Positions 37,373 to 47,358 of a stretch of 64,000 bases of DNA are shown piece after piece. Each line of letters opens with the position of its first letter. The first letter of the stretch is position 1. The notes under the pieces are model-generated. The model did not search any database. It saw only the letters and a program-made list of their open reading frames with translations, and was not told the origin of the DNA. The DNA lies in IMG/VR virus record IMGVR_UViG_3300009161_000021; one strand, 5' to 3'. Origin of the DNA: a virus. Lineage: Duplodnaviria > Caudoviricetes. Position numbers and translations under genes: made by a program.

Positions 37373-39481
37373 TCACCTGCTCTCATCAAGCTCCGGAACT
37401 CTCTCAAGGAGGAACTTGTATCTCTTACCGTTCTTGTTGAAGCGGATGGAGAGGAAGTCAGGTTCCTCGATTAGGGTGTAGTCACCACGCTCATTGCGAA
37501 GGTGCAAGTCTCCGGTGTATATGTGAGCCCAGCGGAAGTCTGAAGAACCCAGTGTGTGGGTGACATCAGCCGCAGGGAGGATATTGGAGTTAACAGTTGC
37601 GTTGAAAGTAACTCGATCGCTTGCAGAACGTCCCAGAGTCGTCGATCCAGAGACCGTAAGAGTTCCGGAAACGTGAGCTCCTGAGTCCTCGTAAACTCTG
37701 AACTGGCTGACGTTGTTCCAGTTCGCGATATCAAAGTAATGACCTGTACCATCATTGTTGATGTCAAGCTTCGAAACAATGTTTCCGCTTGAGATGAGAG
37801 TGATCGGAGTGCCATTTCCTTGAACTGCGAGGTTACCAGTTCCCAGGAAAAGATCATTGTTGATCGTTGTTCTTCCGGTAAGAGCTCCGATGCTGACCGT
37901 GGTTGCGCTTCCAGTACCGATGTTGATCGTGGTCGGAATCGTGGGCCCAAGGTTTAACGTTGTGTTTGAACCCTGCGAGTCAAGCGAGACAACGTTCGAT
38001 GACGGAGACCACGTCTTGAACAAATCGGACCCGGCACTCTGAACAACGAAGCCGTTGGATCCGACAGTATTGGCGTAGACGGTCGAGCCGCTGACGATCG
38101 TATTCTTTGCACTTGCCGCTTCAAGAACCAAGGAGGTTGCGCTGAGACCACGTAGGATTGCGGTGTTTCCTTCACCAGCCGCCGAACCGCCGGTTCCTGC
38201 AGTGATAGAACCCGAGAGCAGTCGAACGTAGTTTCCACCCTGTATTGTCTTGATGGTGAAGTTGTTTCCAGCATCGTGCTGAACGACCGCGGTGCTACCG
38301 CTGAGGTTGACGTTGCCTGCCGCTCTCAGGGTGAGATCGTATGTGCTCTGTCCAGTTATATTGACATTGCTTCCTGCAAGACCGACATTGAGGAAGTTGG
38401 TGCCATTGCTGTAGTGGTTCGTACCCGCAACATCCGCAAAGAGTTCAACCTGCGAGCCGCTTAGCTGGATCGAAGTGCCGTTACCCTTCAGCTCTGCAGT
38501 CGAACCGCTGACCTGGAACCTAGAAGCCCTGATCGGCTGGAGGTCGGCTACGTTAAACGTGGTTGACGTAGAGTCAGAATTTGTCTTAGTAGCTACGAAC
38601 GCCGTGTTCGAAAGAGAGTATCCGAAAGCAACGTTGCTGTTACCAGATCCGGTGTACCCGCCGATGAACCCGCGGTCTCCAGTGCTGCTTGCCGGAAAAG
38701 CTCCGGAAGCAAATCCAAATCCAACGAGAGGGTCTTTGATGATTAGGTTACTGGAAGATACGGTTGTTGTCACTCCCTGGACTTCGAGATCACCAGGGAT
38801 TACAACCCTACCGGTGCTTGAACCGAGGTTAACTGTTGTAGCGGAAGAAGCTACGTTGAACGTTCCAGCGGTGGTTGTTATGTCTCCACCGTTGACGGCA
38901 ACGTCTCCCGTGACTGTGACATTTCCAATCAGAGCGCTTGTTCCCTGGACGGACAGGTTTCCGGCGGACTGAAGGCCAGAGCCGCTGATGACACCCAAAC
39001 CGTCGATACTAGCTACAGGAAGACCCGAAAAAATATCTTTGAGAGTGAACGACCCAGAGCCTACGATCGGACCGGAGAACACGGACGTGTTGACGGCTGG
39101 GTTGCTGCTTGAAACTGCAAAGAATACGTCTGATCCTTTGGAGTTAGCCGCAGAGCTGAAACCGATCGCGATGGACGACGTCGTGTAAGCTGCAGCTGCG
39201 CTAGCTTCGCTGAAGACTGTAGGTGCACCGCCGCCACCGCCGCCTGTCGATGCGATGGTGACCGAGCCGTCCGAGCCCGTTGTGAGCGTGATGTTGCTGC
39301 CCGGCTTGAGGTACTCTCCCCCACCCGCAAGTCTTGTAAGCGAGCCCGTTATATTCGTTGCGTAAACGGTTTGCCACTTATTCGCCGAAGAGCCGATGTC
39401 ATTCGTTGCAGACACAGGAATCAGTGAACCAGTTACTGCGATGGTTCCCAGCGAACCAGATAAACTACCTACGAAAGCCAT
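37373..39481 (-). CDS. Tail fibre protein A (Ser/Gly/Thr-rich) with conserved C-terminal module
   Basis: 702 aa, beta-strand-rich; ends RWAHIYTGDLHLRNERGDYTLIEE...NKNGKRYKF, a module typical of aquatic phage fibres. Confidence 0.75.
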   Translation of the reverse strand: MAFVGSLSGSLGTIAVTGSLIPVSATNDIGSSANKWQTVYATNITGSLTRLAGGGEYLKPGSNITLTTGSDGSVTIASTGGGGGGAPTVFSEASAAAAYTTSSIAIGFSSAANSKGSDVFFAVSSSNPAVNTSVFSGPIVGSGSFTLKDIFSGLPVASIDGLGVISGSGLQSAGNLSVQGTSALIGNVTVTGDVAVNGGDITTTAGTFNVASSATTVNLGSSTGRVVIPGDLEVQGVTTTVSSSNLIIKDPLVGFGFASGAFPASSTGDRGFIGGYTGSGNSNVAFGYSLSNTAFVATKTNSDSTSTTFNVADLQPIRASRFQVSGSTAELKGNGTSIQLSGSQVELFADVAGTNHYSNGTNFLNVGLAGSNVNITGQSTYDLTLRAAGNVNLSGSTAVVQHDAGNNFTIKTIQGGNYVRLLSGSITAGTGGSAAGEGNTAILRGLSATSLVLEAASAKNTIVSGSTVYANTVGSNGFVVQSAGSDLFKTWSPSSNVVSLDSQGSNTTLNLGPTIPTTINIGTGSATTVSIGALTGRTTINNDLFLGTGNLAVQGNGTPITLISSGNIVSKLDINNDGTGHYFDIANWNNVSQFRVYEDSGAHVSGTLTVSGSTTLGRSASDRVTFNATVNSNILPAADVTHTLGSSDFRWAHIYTGDLHLRNERGDYTLIEEPDFLSIRFNKNGKRYKFLLERVPELDESR

Positions 39482-39527
39482 GATATCACTCCAATTTCAG
39501 TTCATCTCTAACTATCAACGAATACGG

Positions 39528-40439
39528 TTATTCGTCGATTAATTGCATCAACATCTTGTAGTTTTTTCCAGTCTTGTTGTTTACAATTCTGAGGAAGTCG
39601 TTTTCCTCGATCACAGTCCAGTCGCCGCGCTCGTTTCGAAGGTGAAGGTCGCCTGTGTATATGTGAGCCCAACGTATCGCATCAGTTCCAAGAGTGTATG
39701 TGTTGTGAGCGTCAGGAACGATGGATCCTTTCATTCCGACTGAACCGGTGATGTACAAGGAACCCGACATATAAATGTTGGAAGTCCCAGCTGTGTCAGT
39801 CGTCCCGATCCTGATATTTGTTGTCGACCCTTGATCTCCGCCCTGACCGATGTTAATGTTCTTTATGAGACCTGAGACCGTCGCCCCAGTAGCCAGATTA
39901 ATACCAATCGAGCCAGTCCTGCTTGCTGCAACGTTGAGCGTGAATCCGTTAGCGTTGCTGGAATTTCCGAACGATATTGTTGAAGCAGCCCCACCGATCG
40001 CAACCGAGCTCACTCCTGTCGCAAATATTGTGGTTGATGATGCTGAGCTCGTGATGTCGCCGCCGTCAACTGCAAGATCTCCCGAGATTGTTAATGAGTT
40101 TGATCCCGTTGCGAATACAAGACCAGAAGAAGCTCCAAGAACTCCATTGTCATTAAACTGTATCTGTGTGTTTGATCCCGTTGGAGGGGAAACAAACTCG
40201 ATTAAGTTGGCGTCAGCTACACCATCACGATACCAGTACTTTTTTGAGGATCCGCTGACGATGAGTCGAACTTCCATCGACTTAAATCTAAGAGCGGATG
40301 GAATGCCAGCGTTTGCTGCGGTGAGAGCAGATGGAACGGTGTCGGCGGAACCAGTGAATGGTCCCGAGTACGAGTCAACTGGAACAGCATTGACTGGCTG
40401 GATTCCATATGGTAGCTGAAGTCCGGGAGTTACTGGCAT
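39528..40439 (-). CDS. Short tail fibre protein B
   Basis: 303 aa; GSNTQIQFND and GDLAVDGGDIT motifs; same C-terminal module as fibre A. Confidence 0.7.
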   Translation of the reverse strand: MPVTPGLQLPYGIQPVNAVPVDSYSGPFTGSADTVPSALTAANAGIPSALRFKSMEVRLIVSGSSKKYWYRDGVADANLIEFVSPPTGSNTQIQFNDNGVLGASSGLVFATGSNSLTISGDLAVDGGDITSSASSTTIFATGVSSVAIGGAASTISFGNSSNANGFTLNVAASRTGSIGINLATGATVSGLIKNINIGQGGDQGSTTNIRIGTTDTAGTSNIYMSGSLYITGSVGMKGSIVPDAHNTYTLGTDAIRWAHIYTGDLHLRNERGDWTVIEENDFLRIVNNKTGKNYKMLMQLIDE

Positions 40440-40451
40440 GCTGCTCTCTAA

Positions 40452-43400
40452 TTATGCCCTTACGATCGAGTGACGGTGACTCGAGGCGTACGGGGAAGCG
40501 ATTGTCATAGTGTAGACCTTGTACGAAACAGCAGTACCACCACCATCATTCACGTTGAACGTGGAGAGCACGTAGCTCGATGTGATGTCAGCGTTCAAGG
40601 CGTCCAGATCGGTTACGGAAGAGATGGTGTCTGATGCCGCAACCGTGGTTGGCAGCGCCATGGTGAAGTTGACTTGGGTATTTCCAGTATCAAGCTGCGT
40701 GGTGCCACCGGCGCTCACCAGCGTCTTTGTTCCAAGTGCTCTGACGTTTGCAGAGTTCACTGGGGCGGAAGCGGAAGGACCGTAGAAGATTCCGTACTGG
40801 AACGTGATTGTTGTGCTTCCTGATGTTGAAGTCTGGTAAGCATCAACAACTTGGACTCTGTAGAGCAACGACGTGGACGTGTTGAGAGAAGAGTCGTTGT
40901 GGCTTGTCGAAGGAATTGAGATTGAGGATGGGTTACCCGAGACAGGAACTGCGCTCAAACCTGGAACGTCTGTCCAACCTCCCGTTCCATTGACCTGATA
41001 CTGAACAGAGTAACTTGAAATTGGCGCGTTCGACCTGTTCCTGGTAATGGTGCCGGTGATTGTTGAACCGACATTTCCACGCTCTCGAAGCGTGTTTGTC
41101 TCGTTTGAGAACCCACCACCTGTCGTGGTCGTGACAGTGAGCGCCATTGTCGGAGCGGCATAAGCTTGTGGAGTCAAGTTCACGGCAGTTGTGAGCGTAG
41201 CTCCCGCGCTGTCAGTTATGATGTACTGGTAGTTGAGAATTGTGGTGAAGAAAGAACCAACCGTGAAAGTGTGATCGTAGTACAGAGGATTTGTCGTTGC
41301 GCTTGTCAGAGTCGTCCAAGCCCCTGTTGAGCCGCTTCTGAACTGAAGCGCTGCTGTCGAGACTGTTGCGCCGAGAGTGTTGATCGTATAACTTCCAGTG
41401 ATGGATGTTGTGATTGACCCGGAGATACCGAATGTGGAAGTGATCGGGTTTGTTGGAGTAAGATTCACGGTCGGATTGATAGGCTCTGCAATTGCAAGGA
41501 GGATGACTTCCGCAGGTGTCTTTCCAGTTGCTGGGATCGTGGTACCGGTTGCGTATCTTCCAAAAGTTCTTCCACCAGTCAAAGAAACTGAAAGATCACT
41601 CGGGAAAACGTAAGAGTTAACAGTGACCTGACCGTTGGCGGATCCCGAAGTAATCGAGATGCTTCCTGTCTGTGCCATGGCGCTGGATGAGCTTGCAACA
41701 AGGTAAGGTGTACCGTCCGTTAAGCTTCTGAGTGATCCGCTCAATCCACCAGTTGCTTTGATCGTGACACCAGTCAGAGTATCAGTCGTCTTATTGTAAG
41801 TTAGACCGCTGTCACCACCGAATGTTGTTCCACCATCATTAAATTGAACGTAAGTGTCGGATCCACCCGGAGACCCACCGCCACCGCCTGAAGCAGTGAG
41901 TTCCCACTGTCCGGAAGAATTGTAGTTGACGGTTACACCGCTTCCGGTGATGAAATCAAGACCGCCAGTAGTCTTTCTAAGAGACCCAGTTATATTCTGC
42001 GCAATAAGTGAGCCTGTTACCTGAACGCTTGAACCGCTGATCGTTACAGCAGAGTCGCTATTGATAGAGAGGCTCTTACCAGTGTAAGCGCTGATGGTAG
42101 CGTTCTGTCCTGAGCCGCTAACAACACTCAAAAACTGAGAGTTGTCTTTCTCAAATCCAATTCCCTGAGAGCCTGCAGTGATTGATAGCAAGCTACCGGT
42201 TAGCTTGGTTAAACCCGTTCCGCCGATCTGAAACGTCTTACCGGCTGCAGCTGCGAGTGATGTAAGATCTCCCGATCCGCTGCTAATTGTTGCGAAATTA
42301 GTTCCATGACGCTGGAAGTTGATAACACCAGCGCCGTGATTAATAGAGACTGTTGAACCGCTTAGCTGAGTCGAAGCTGTTCCGCCAACGCTTAAGTTTA
42401 GGGATTGAGCTGAGATGACAGAGTCACTTGCGCCGTCGTAGGTCGCTCGAAGAAACTCTGAAGCTCCGCGATAAAGTAAGATTTGACCGTCGTTAGATCC
42501 AAGCGTTAGGGTAGATCCACTAATCGTGAGATTTACCGGTGTTCCTGACTGTAATCTTCCAAGTATCTTTGGGCTGAATAAGTTGGAGCTATCAACCGCA
42601 AGTCCGCCGTTGGAATTCGAATCAAACCATGTAAGACCAGAGTACGAATCAATGTGGACTGAGCTGCCAGAGAGATACAACGACGGAAAAGCAGCTTCTG
42701 TCGATCGAATGAGAGCTGATGAACCACCAGATCTTGAAAAAGAGATGTACTCAGACTCAGCTTCAAAGAATTTAACCGTATTTCCAGAAGCAGCTTTCAG
42801 CTGGACTGCAGTTCCGCTGGCAACTAGCGTCGAACCGTCTGAAGACGTAATAAAAGCTGTTGTTCCGTTGACTTGAAGAGATGAAGCTCTGATCGGCTGC
42901 AAGCTGCTAACAGCAATTGCAGTTGCGCCGGGAGTGGATGTTGTCTTTGTGGCGACAAATGACCCGCTGTTGTTCGACCATGCAAAAGCGACATTGTTAC
43001 CAGCTCCCGTGATACCACCGATGAATCCACGATCTCCAGCTGATCCAGCCACCGATCCGGTGGTGAAACCAAGACCTATGAGCGGATCTTCAACCGTGAT
43101 ATTGGAAGCGTCAACAGTTACAGTCGTTCCCTGGACTTCAAGATCGCCCGGAACTACGACCCTGCTTGTGCTTGATCCGAGGTTGAGAGTTGTTGCTGAA
43201 GTTGCAAGGTTAAACGTTGACGCAGTTGTGGTAATATCTCCACCGTCGACCGCAACGTCACCCGAAAATTGAGCGTTTGTTCCCGTTACGTTACCAATTA
43301 CGTAATGTGATCCAGAGATGACGACATCGCCACCGAACACAGACTTTCTAGCAGTAGCATCAGTAATGCCAGATGTTCCGCTGACAAAGAAGAATACATC

Positions 43401-43805
43401 GGAACCGGCGTTCTGGGCTGCGTAACTTGACCCCAGAGCTCCCGCAATGGATACTGAAGCGGTTGAGTTGAGACGTGGGGATGGGGAAAGCTCATTCCAG
43501 TTGCTTGTGCCTCCGCCCCCTCCTCCGACAGAATATGACGCGCCCGCTGAGTTGTAGATTGTACCTGAAATGACGACGTCACCCTTGAAAGTGACAACTC
43601 CACGAGATGATGAATTTTTAGAACCTGCAGTTCCTGAAATGAAAAGCCAGGTATCAGATCCGGTCGTGAAATGTGATGCGAAGAACCCACCTGACTGATC
43701 CGTTGCAGAACCAAGCCCATAGATCAGAAGCGGTGAAGATGCAGTGCTTCCAGAGTTGATGATCTGGTTAACGCGTATCTGTCTTGCGCGAAAATCTGCT
43801 GACAT
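40452..43805 (-). CDS. Long tail fibre/adhesin protein C
   Basis: 1117 aa, Ser/Thr/Gly-rich; shares an approximately 120-aa module with fibre A; GGSDTYVQFND motif; Ig/FN3-like C-terminal half. Confidence 0.7.
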   Translation of the reverse strand: MSADFRARQIRVNQIINSGSTASSPLLIYGLGSATDQSGGFFASHFTTGSDTWLFISGTAGSKNSSSRGVVTFKGDVVISGTIYNSAGASYSVGGGGGGTSNWNELSPSPRLNSTASVSIAGALGSSYAAQNAGSDVFFFVSGTSGITDATARKSVFGGDVVISGSHYVIGNVTGTNAQFSGDVAVDGGDITTTASTFNLATSATTLNLGSSTSRVVVPGDLEVQGTTVTVDASNITVEDPLIGLGFTTGSVAGSAGDRGFIGGITGAGNNVAFAWSNNSGSFVATKTTSTPGATAIAVSSLQPIRASSLQVNGTTAFITSSDGSTLVASGTAVQLKAASGNTVKFFEAESEYISFSRSGGSSALIRSTEAAFPSLYLSGSSVHIDSYSGLTWFDSNSNGGLAVDSSNLFSPKILGRLQSGTPVNLTISGSTLTLGSNDGQILLYRGASEFLRATYDGASDSVISAQSLNLSVGGTASTQLSGSTVSINHGAGVINFQRHGTNFATISSGSGDLTSLAAAAGKTFQIGGTGLTKLTGSLLSITAGSQGIGFEKDNSQFLSVVSGSGQNATISAYTGKSLSINSDSAVTISGSSVQVTGSLIAQNITGSLRKTTGGLDFITGSGVTVNYNSSGQWELTASGGGGGSPGGSDTYVQFNDGGTTFGGDSGLTYNKTTDTLTGVTIKATGGLSGSLRSLTDGTPYLVASSSSAMAQTGSISITSGSANGQVTVNSYVFPSDLSVSLTGGRTFGRYATGTTIPATGKTPAEVILLAIAEPINPTVNLTPTNPITSTFGISGSITTSITGSYTINTLGATVSTAALQFRSGSTGAWTTLTSATTNPLYYDHTFTVGSFFTTILNYQYIITDSAGATLTTAVNLTPQAYAAPTMALTVTTTTGGGFSNETNTLRERGNVGSTITGTITRNRSNAPISSYSVQYQVNGTGGWTDVPGLSAVPVSGNPSSISIPSTSHNDSSLNTSTSLLYRVQVVDAYQTSTSGSTTITFQYGIFYGPSASAPVNSANVRALGTKTLVSAGGTTQLDTGNTQVNFTMALPTTVAASDTISSVTDLDALNADITSSYVLSTFNVNDGGGTAVSYKVYTMTIASPYASSHRHSIVRA

Positions 43806-44131
43806 TAACTTAGAACCTCAATCGCATGGATATGGACAGAATCGCTAGTCGGAGTGGAAGCTTTTAAAGTGACGCTTGAAGCCGAAATACTTACGATATA
43901 CACGCTGAAGTTCGCAGTTGCTCCTTTTGGAGTAACAGTAACTTTCGGTGGAAGAGAAAACTTGCCAGTAGGAAAGCTATACGTAAGCTCATCGCTACCG
44001 CCAAAAGTAGCGATTGCAGCGTCTATATTCACATTAGCCAAGTCAGACTCCGTCAGGAAGTAATTTCTGGGTTCACGACGCAGGAATGGATACGTCTTTT
44101 TGTAGCGTTGTAGATCGATCCTCGTCGGCAC
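43805..44131 (-). CDS. Hypothetical small beta-rich virion protein
   Basis: 108 aa, GTG start after GGAGG; heads the fibre operon. Confidence 0.55.
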   Translation of the reverse strand: MPTRIDLQRYKKTYPFLRREPRNYFLTESDLANVNIDAAIATFGGSDELTYSFPTGKFSLPPKVTVTPKGATANFSVYIVSISASSVTLKASTPTSDSVHIHAIEVLS

Positions 44132-44160
44132 AGCCCGCCTCCAGCACTAAGTATTCTGAG

Positions 44161-45468
44161 CTAGAGCATCTGACCTGCGAGAGTCGCGAGTTCCGACCGT
44201 TCTCCTCTCTCAAGAGTAATATGACTTGTGAGATGAGAAGTCTTTAGCTTTTCAACAGAAATAGTCAAACCGTTAGAGTAGCTGTCAATGTAAGGAGTGT
44301 CAATCTGATCAGTGTCTCCAAGGAGAACGATCTTGCTGTTCTTACCAGTTCTCGTGATGATCGTCTTCAACTCATGAATTGTCGTGTTCTGAGCCTCATC
44401 AACAATGATGAAAGCATCAGCGAATGTTCGACCACGAATGAAAGAGAGCGGAGCAACGTCAATATCACCTCGGGCTCTCATCATCTCAAAGAATGTTGAT
44501 TCTCCAAACGCTTGCCTGAAGTTGTCGACAATCGGAGATAGCCACGGAGCCATCTTGTCGTTGATATCACCGGGTAGGAAGCCAAGCTCCTTACCGACGG
44601 GCTCAATTGATCTTGTGATGATGATACGCTTGTACGTCTTCTCACTGAAACCCTGCATTCCAGCTGCGAGAGTAAGGAAAGTCTTACCGGATCCAGCAAG
44701 ACCTGAAAGAGAGACGAGGGGAATCTCTGGATCAAGCAGAGCGTGAAGAGCAAACTTTTGCTCTTTGCTCCTAGCATTGATGCTGTTGCACTTGTAGTTT
44801 AAGGGCAGAAGCTTTCCGTTCTTATGGATTGCAAGAAAAGACTTCTTTGGATCAAGATCGGAGACAGCGTACACAAACTGATTCGGAAAGAGCTCAGGCA
44901 TCCATTCCTCGACCTCAAGCTCCTTCCTGGAGTAGAAGGTATCAATGTCACGATCAGCGAGCTCAATCGTCTCCTGACCTGAGTACATCTGGCGACCTTC
45001 CTTCACACTCCTGATGTGATCGCGGAAGTAATCCTCCGCGATAAGACCCAGCGCGTCGCACTTCACTCTAAGGTTAATGTCCTTCGTTACGACCTTCACA
45101 GGCACCCCTGGGTGTCTCTGCTTTAGGCCCAGGGCCACGATAACAAGTTGGTTATCACCTTTGGATGAATCGAGGCCAGAGGGCATCTGGATGCCCATAG
45201 GGCTCATCTCATTCTCAACCCGAATGGTCTGGTCCCCCGGCACCTGGACACCATCGTGAAGGTGACCTCCCTGCTGACGGAGCTGATCGAGGTACCTGTT
45301 CACGTATCGAGCTGACGATCCGAGTAGGTCTTGACGCTCCTTGAATCGATCCAACTCCTCAAGCACCACTAACGGAAGAATCACATCATTTCCGGGAAAT
45401 GAGTGAATGCTCTGCATGTCATGAAGGAGAACCGACGTATCAACTACAAGAATCTTTCTGGTACTCAA
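44161..45468 (-). CDS. phoH: PIN-PhoH fusion protein (PhoH2/YlaK-like)
   Basis: VVDTSVLL, VVLEELD, DNQL, VTKDINLRVK (PIN); GLAGSGKT, IRGRTF, IVDEAQN, VLLGDTDQID (PhoH). Confidence 0.92.
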   Translation of the reverse strand: MSTRKILVVDTSVLLHDMQSIHSFPGNDVILPLVVLEELDRFKERQDLLGSSARYVNRYLDQLRQQGGHLHDGVQVPGDQTIRVENEMSPMGIQMPSGLDSSKGDNQLVIVALGLKQRHPGVPVKVVTKDINLRVKCDALGLIAEDYFRDHIRSVKEGRQMYSGQETIELADRDIDTFYSRKELEVEEWMPELFPNQFVYAVSDLDPKKSFLAIHKNGKLLPLNYKCNSINARSKEQKFALHALLDPEIPLVSLSGLAGSGKTFLTLAAGMQGFSEKTYKRIIITRSIEPVGKELGFLPGDINDKMAPWLSPIVDNFRQAFGESTFFEMMRARGDIDVAPLSFIRGRTFADAFIIVDEAQNTTIHELKTIITRTGKNSKIVLLGDTDQIDTPYIDSYSNGLTISVEKLKTSHLTSHITLERGERSELATLAGQML

Positions 45469-45540
45469 CTTTTCCTATCGAGGTTGAAAATACTCGCCTC
45501 TCAAGTAAAGATATCATCTAAGAGACAAAGGTAACATCAA

Positions 45541-45795
45541 ATGGAGAACAAATTGACAGATACCGTGATTGGCACCACTTGCTTTGCTGAGCATGAAAAG
45601 CGTGGAGCGCAATGTCAGAAGAAGGGATGCAGGCAGTGGATGAATTCATCCTGTCACATGAACTGCGCGATCATCGCTGCATCCCAGAATGATGAAGGTA
45701 TGACTCTTCAGCAGATTGGAGATATATTCAACATCACGAGAATGAGAGTCTGTCAACTAGAAAAGGCCTCACTCCAGAAGATATCTGTGGAGTGA
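45541..45795 (+). CDS. Stand-alone sigma-70 region 4 HTH protein with Cys-rich N-terminus
   Basis: MTLQQIGDIFNITRMRVCQLEKASLQKI matches sigma region 4.2; preceded by C..C...C..C..C. Confidence 0.75.
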   Translation: MENKLTDTVIGTTCFAEHEKRGAQCQKKGCRQWMNSSCHMNCAIIAASQNDEGMTLQQIGDIFNITRMRVCQLEKASLQKISVE

Positions 45796-45817
45796 GGCCT
45801 CGCCTATAATTTCGCGA

Positions 45818-46165
45818 TTAAGACTTGCTTGCAGCTGTCAAAAGAGCGATGATATCAGCCTTTGTGCTTGTGGGAGAGACGGTAAGACCCATCGAAACTG
45901 CCGCTTCGGTCAACTGCGCTTTGGTCCAAGTCGGATCCCAAGACACAACAGGAGCAGTCTCAACAACGTTTGCGTCGATCGGCTCAGGTGCGGGGGTCGT
46001 ATCGGTCTGAACCGGAACGCTTTCTACCACCTCGGTTACAAGCTCTTTGATCTCTATAGGAGCTTGCTCCACGGGGGCTTCAACAATTTCTTGAGTTGCC
46101 TGGTCGTCGGTCGAAACCTCAGCAAAATGCGGCTTTCCAGCAAGTCGATAGAGAGATGCTGGCAT
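45818..46165 (-). CDS. Acidic Pro-rich protein with C-terminal HeH/LEM/Rho-N-like helical domain
   Basis: WTKAQLTEAAVSMGLTVSPTSTKADIIALL. Start refined to ATG 46165. Confidence 0.5.
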   Translation of the reverse strand: MPASLYRLAGKPHFAEVSTDDQATQEIVEAPVEQAPIEIKELVTEVVESVPVQTDTTPAPEPIDANVVETAPVVSWDPTWTKAQLTEAAVSMGLTVSPTSTKADIIALLTAASKS

Positions 46166-46166
46166 G

Positions 46167-46370
46167 TTACTCTGCAGCCTTCCTGCTCTTCTCAACCTCG
46201 ACCATGGACTTGATAAGAGTCGCAGCTTCTTTCTTCAGAAGTCTGAGTCCACGACGAGCACGAACACCAGCAGACGCGTTTCCGCCTGCATTCTTCTGGA
46301 TGTCAAGATCCATCGACTCGATTAGGGTCTTAACACGATTCCAAGTCTCAGCGATTGCTTCATTTGCCAT
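46167..46370 (-). CDS. Histone H1-like nucleoid protein (Hc1 family)
   Basis: GNASAGVRARRGL...L.K matches the Hc1 core GNK(A/S)AG.R.RK..L of Chlamydiae/Bacteroidetes proteins; 67 aa. Confidence 0.72.
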   Translation of the reverse strand: MANEAIAETWNRVKTLIESMDLDIQKNAGGNASAGVRARRGLRLLKKEAATLIKSMVEVEKSRKAAE

Positions 46371-46373
46371 TTT

Positions 46374-46610
46374 TTACTCCGTTGTTATGATGTTTGAAGA
46401 AACTTGCGCTCCTTCGAGCGCTTCTTTGGCAACTGTAGAGATGACCATTAGGGCTTCTCTGTCTTCCAGCTCCATTGCCAAAAGCTTAATGATATTTAGA
46501 ATTTGACGCTGATTTACGCCAAACTTCAATATTTCAGAGACAATTTGTCTTGATTTTAGAGTTTCCTGCGCCCACTTCTCAGTCTCTGTTTGTCCAACTT
46601 TCTCAGTCAT
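46374..46610 (-). CDS. Hypothetical protein
   Basis: 78 aa ORF coupled within the operon. Confidence 0.55.
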   Translation of the reverse strand: MTEKVGQTETEKWAQETLKSRQIVSEILKFGVNQRQILNIIKLLAMELEDREALMVISTVAKEALEGAQVSSNIITTE

Positions 46611-47053
46611 TAGAACGCCTCTATCCTGAACTTTCCGTCATCTACAAAAATTAATCTCTTACCGTGCAGGTCACCCACCTCGTCTTCCTCTTTAGCTAGT
46701 GTTATCCACTGATCCCAAGATTTAGTGAGATAAATCCACTCGGCCTGCTCCCATGTAGCAATGTCACATTGGTAAGATTCTAAGACTCTGATAAGATCTT
46801 GAGATATTGAAAATTTTATGTCTTCAATATTCGGAAGAGATTTTGCATCTTCTTTTGAGGTCAACTCTGATTTACAGATATCTGTGATTTTATGAATGAC
46901 ACCACAGTTATTGCATTGAGCAAATTTCGGTTGGACAGTGTCAGAATCATCAATCACAGAAAAAACTGCAAACTTATGAAATACGGGATCAGCAGCATTC
47001 TTAAACTGTGGAAGAATGCAATGACATTGAATTAAGTGCTTGATCCCTTGCAA
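46610..47053 (-). CDS. Hypothetical protein with putative Zn-binding Cys motifs
   Basis: QCHC and CNNCG...C motifs. Confidence 0.55.
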   Translation of the reverse strand: MQGIKHLIQCHCILPQFKNAADPVFHKFAVFSVIDDSDTVQPKFAQCNNCGVIHKITDICKSELTSKEDAKSLPNIEDIKFSISQDLIRVLESYQCDIATWEQAEWIYLTKSWDQWITLAKEEDEVGDLHGKRLIFVDDGKFRIEAF

Positions 47054-47056
47054 GTT

Positions 47057-47311
47057 TCACCCGAAGAGCTTGTTCTTCTTGGGAGCATCAGACTCTTTCT
47101 GAATTTCTTTGAAAAGCGAGATGTACTGATTAACGCCGTTGTACCCCACACTCTCAATCGTTGACTTTACGATGCTTGTCGCACGAACAACCTGATCGTC
47201 CGAAAGCTTCATCTCGTTCTTTAGGACCAAGGTCAAGTTAGCCGTTACGTTATCAGAAATTGCACCGAGAACGTCATGCGTTACTCTACCGACATCAGAT
47301 TCAAGACTCAT
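47057..47311 (-). CDS. Hypothetical protein
   Basis: Start refined to ATG 47311 after GGAGAGG. Confidence 0.5.
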   Translation of the reverse strand: MSLESDVGRVTHDVLGAISDNVTANLTLVLKNEMKLSDDQVVRATSIVKSTIESVGYNGVNQYISLFKEIQKESDAPKKNKLFG

Positions 47312-47358
47312 TTTTTCCTCTCCATTAAAATTCACAATAAAGCTCAAAAAAGTAAAGG

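Noticed and set aside
37373-40439. Diversity-generating retroelement (TR/VR) from the duplicated fibre C-termini
   Set aside because: Differences are mostly synonymous third-position changes, not adenine-specific; both copies are coding; no reverse transcriptase in the window.
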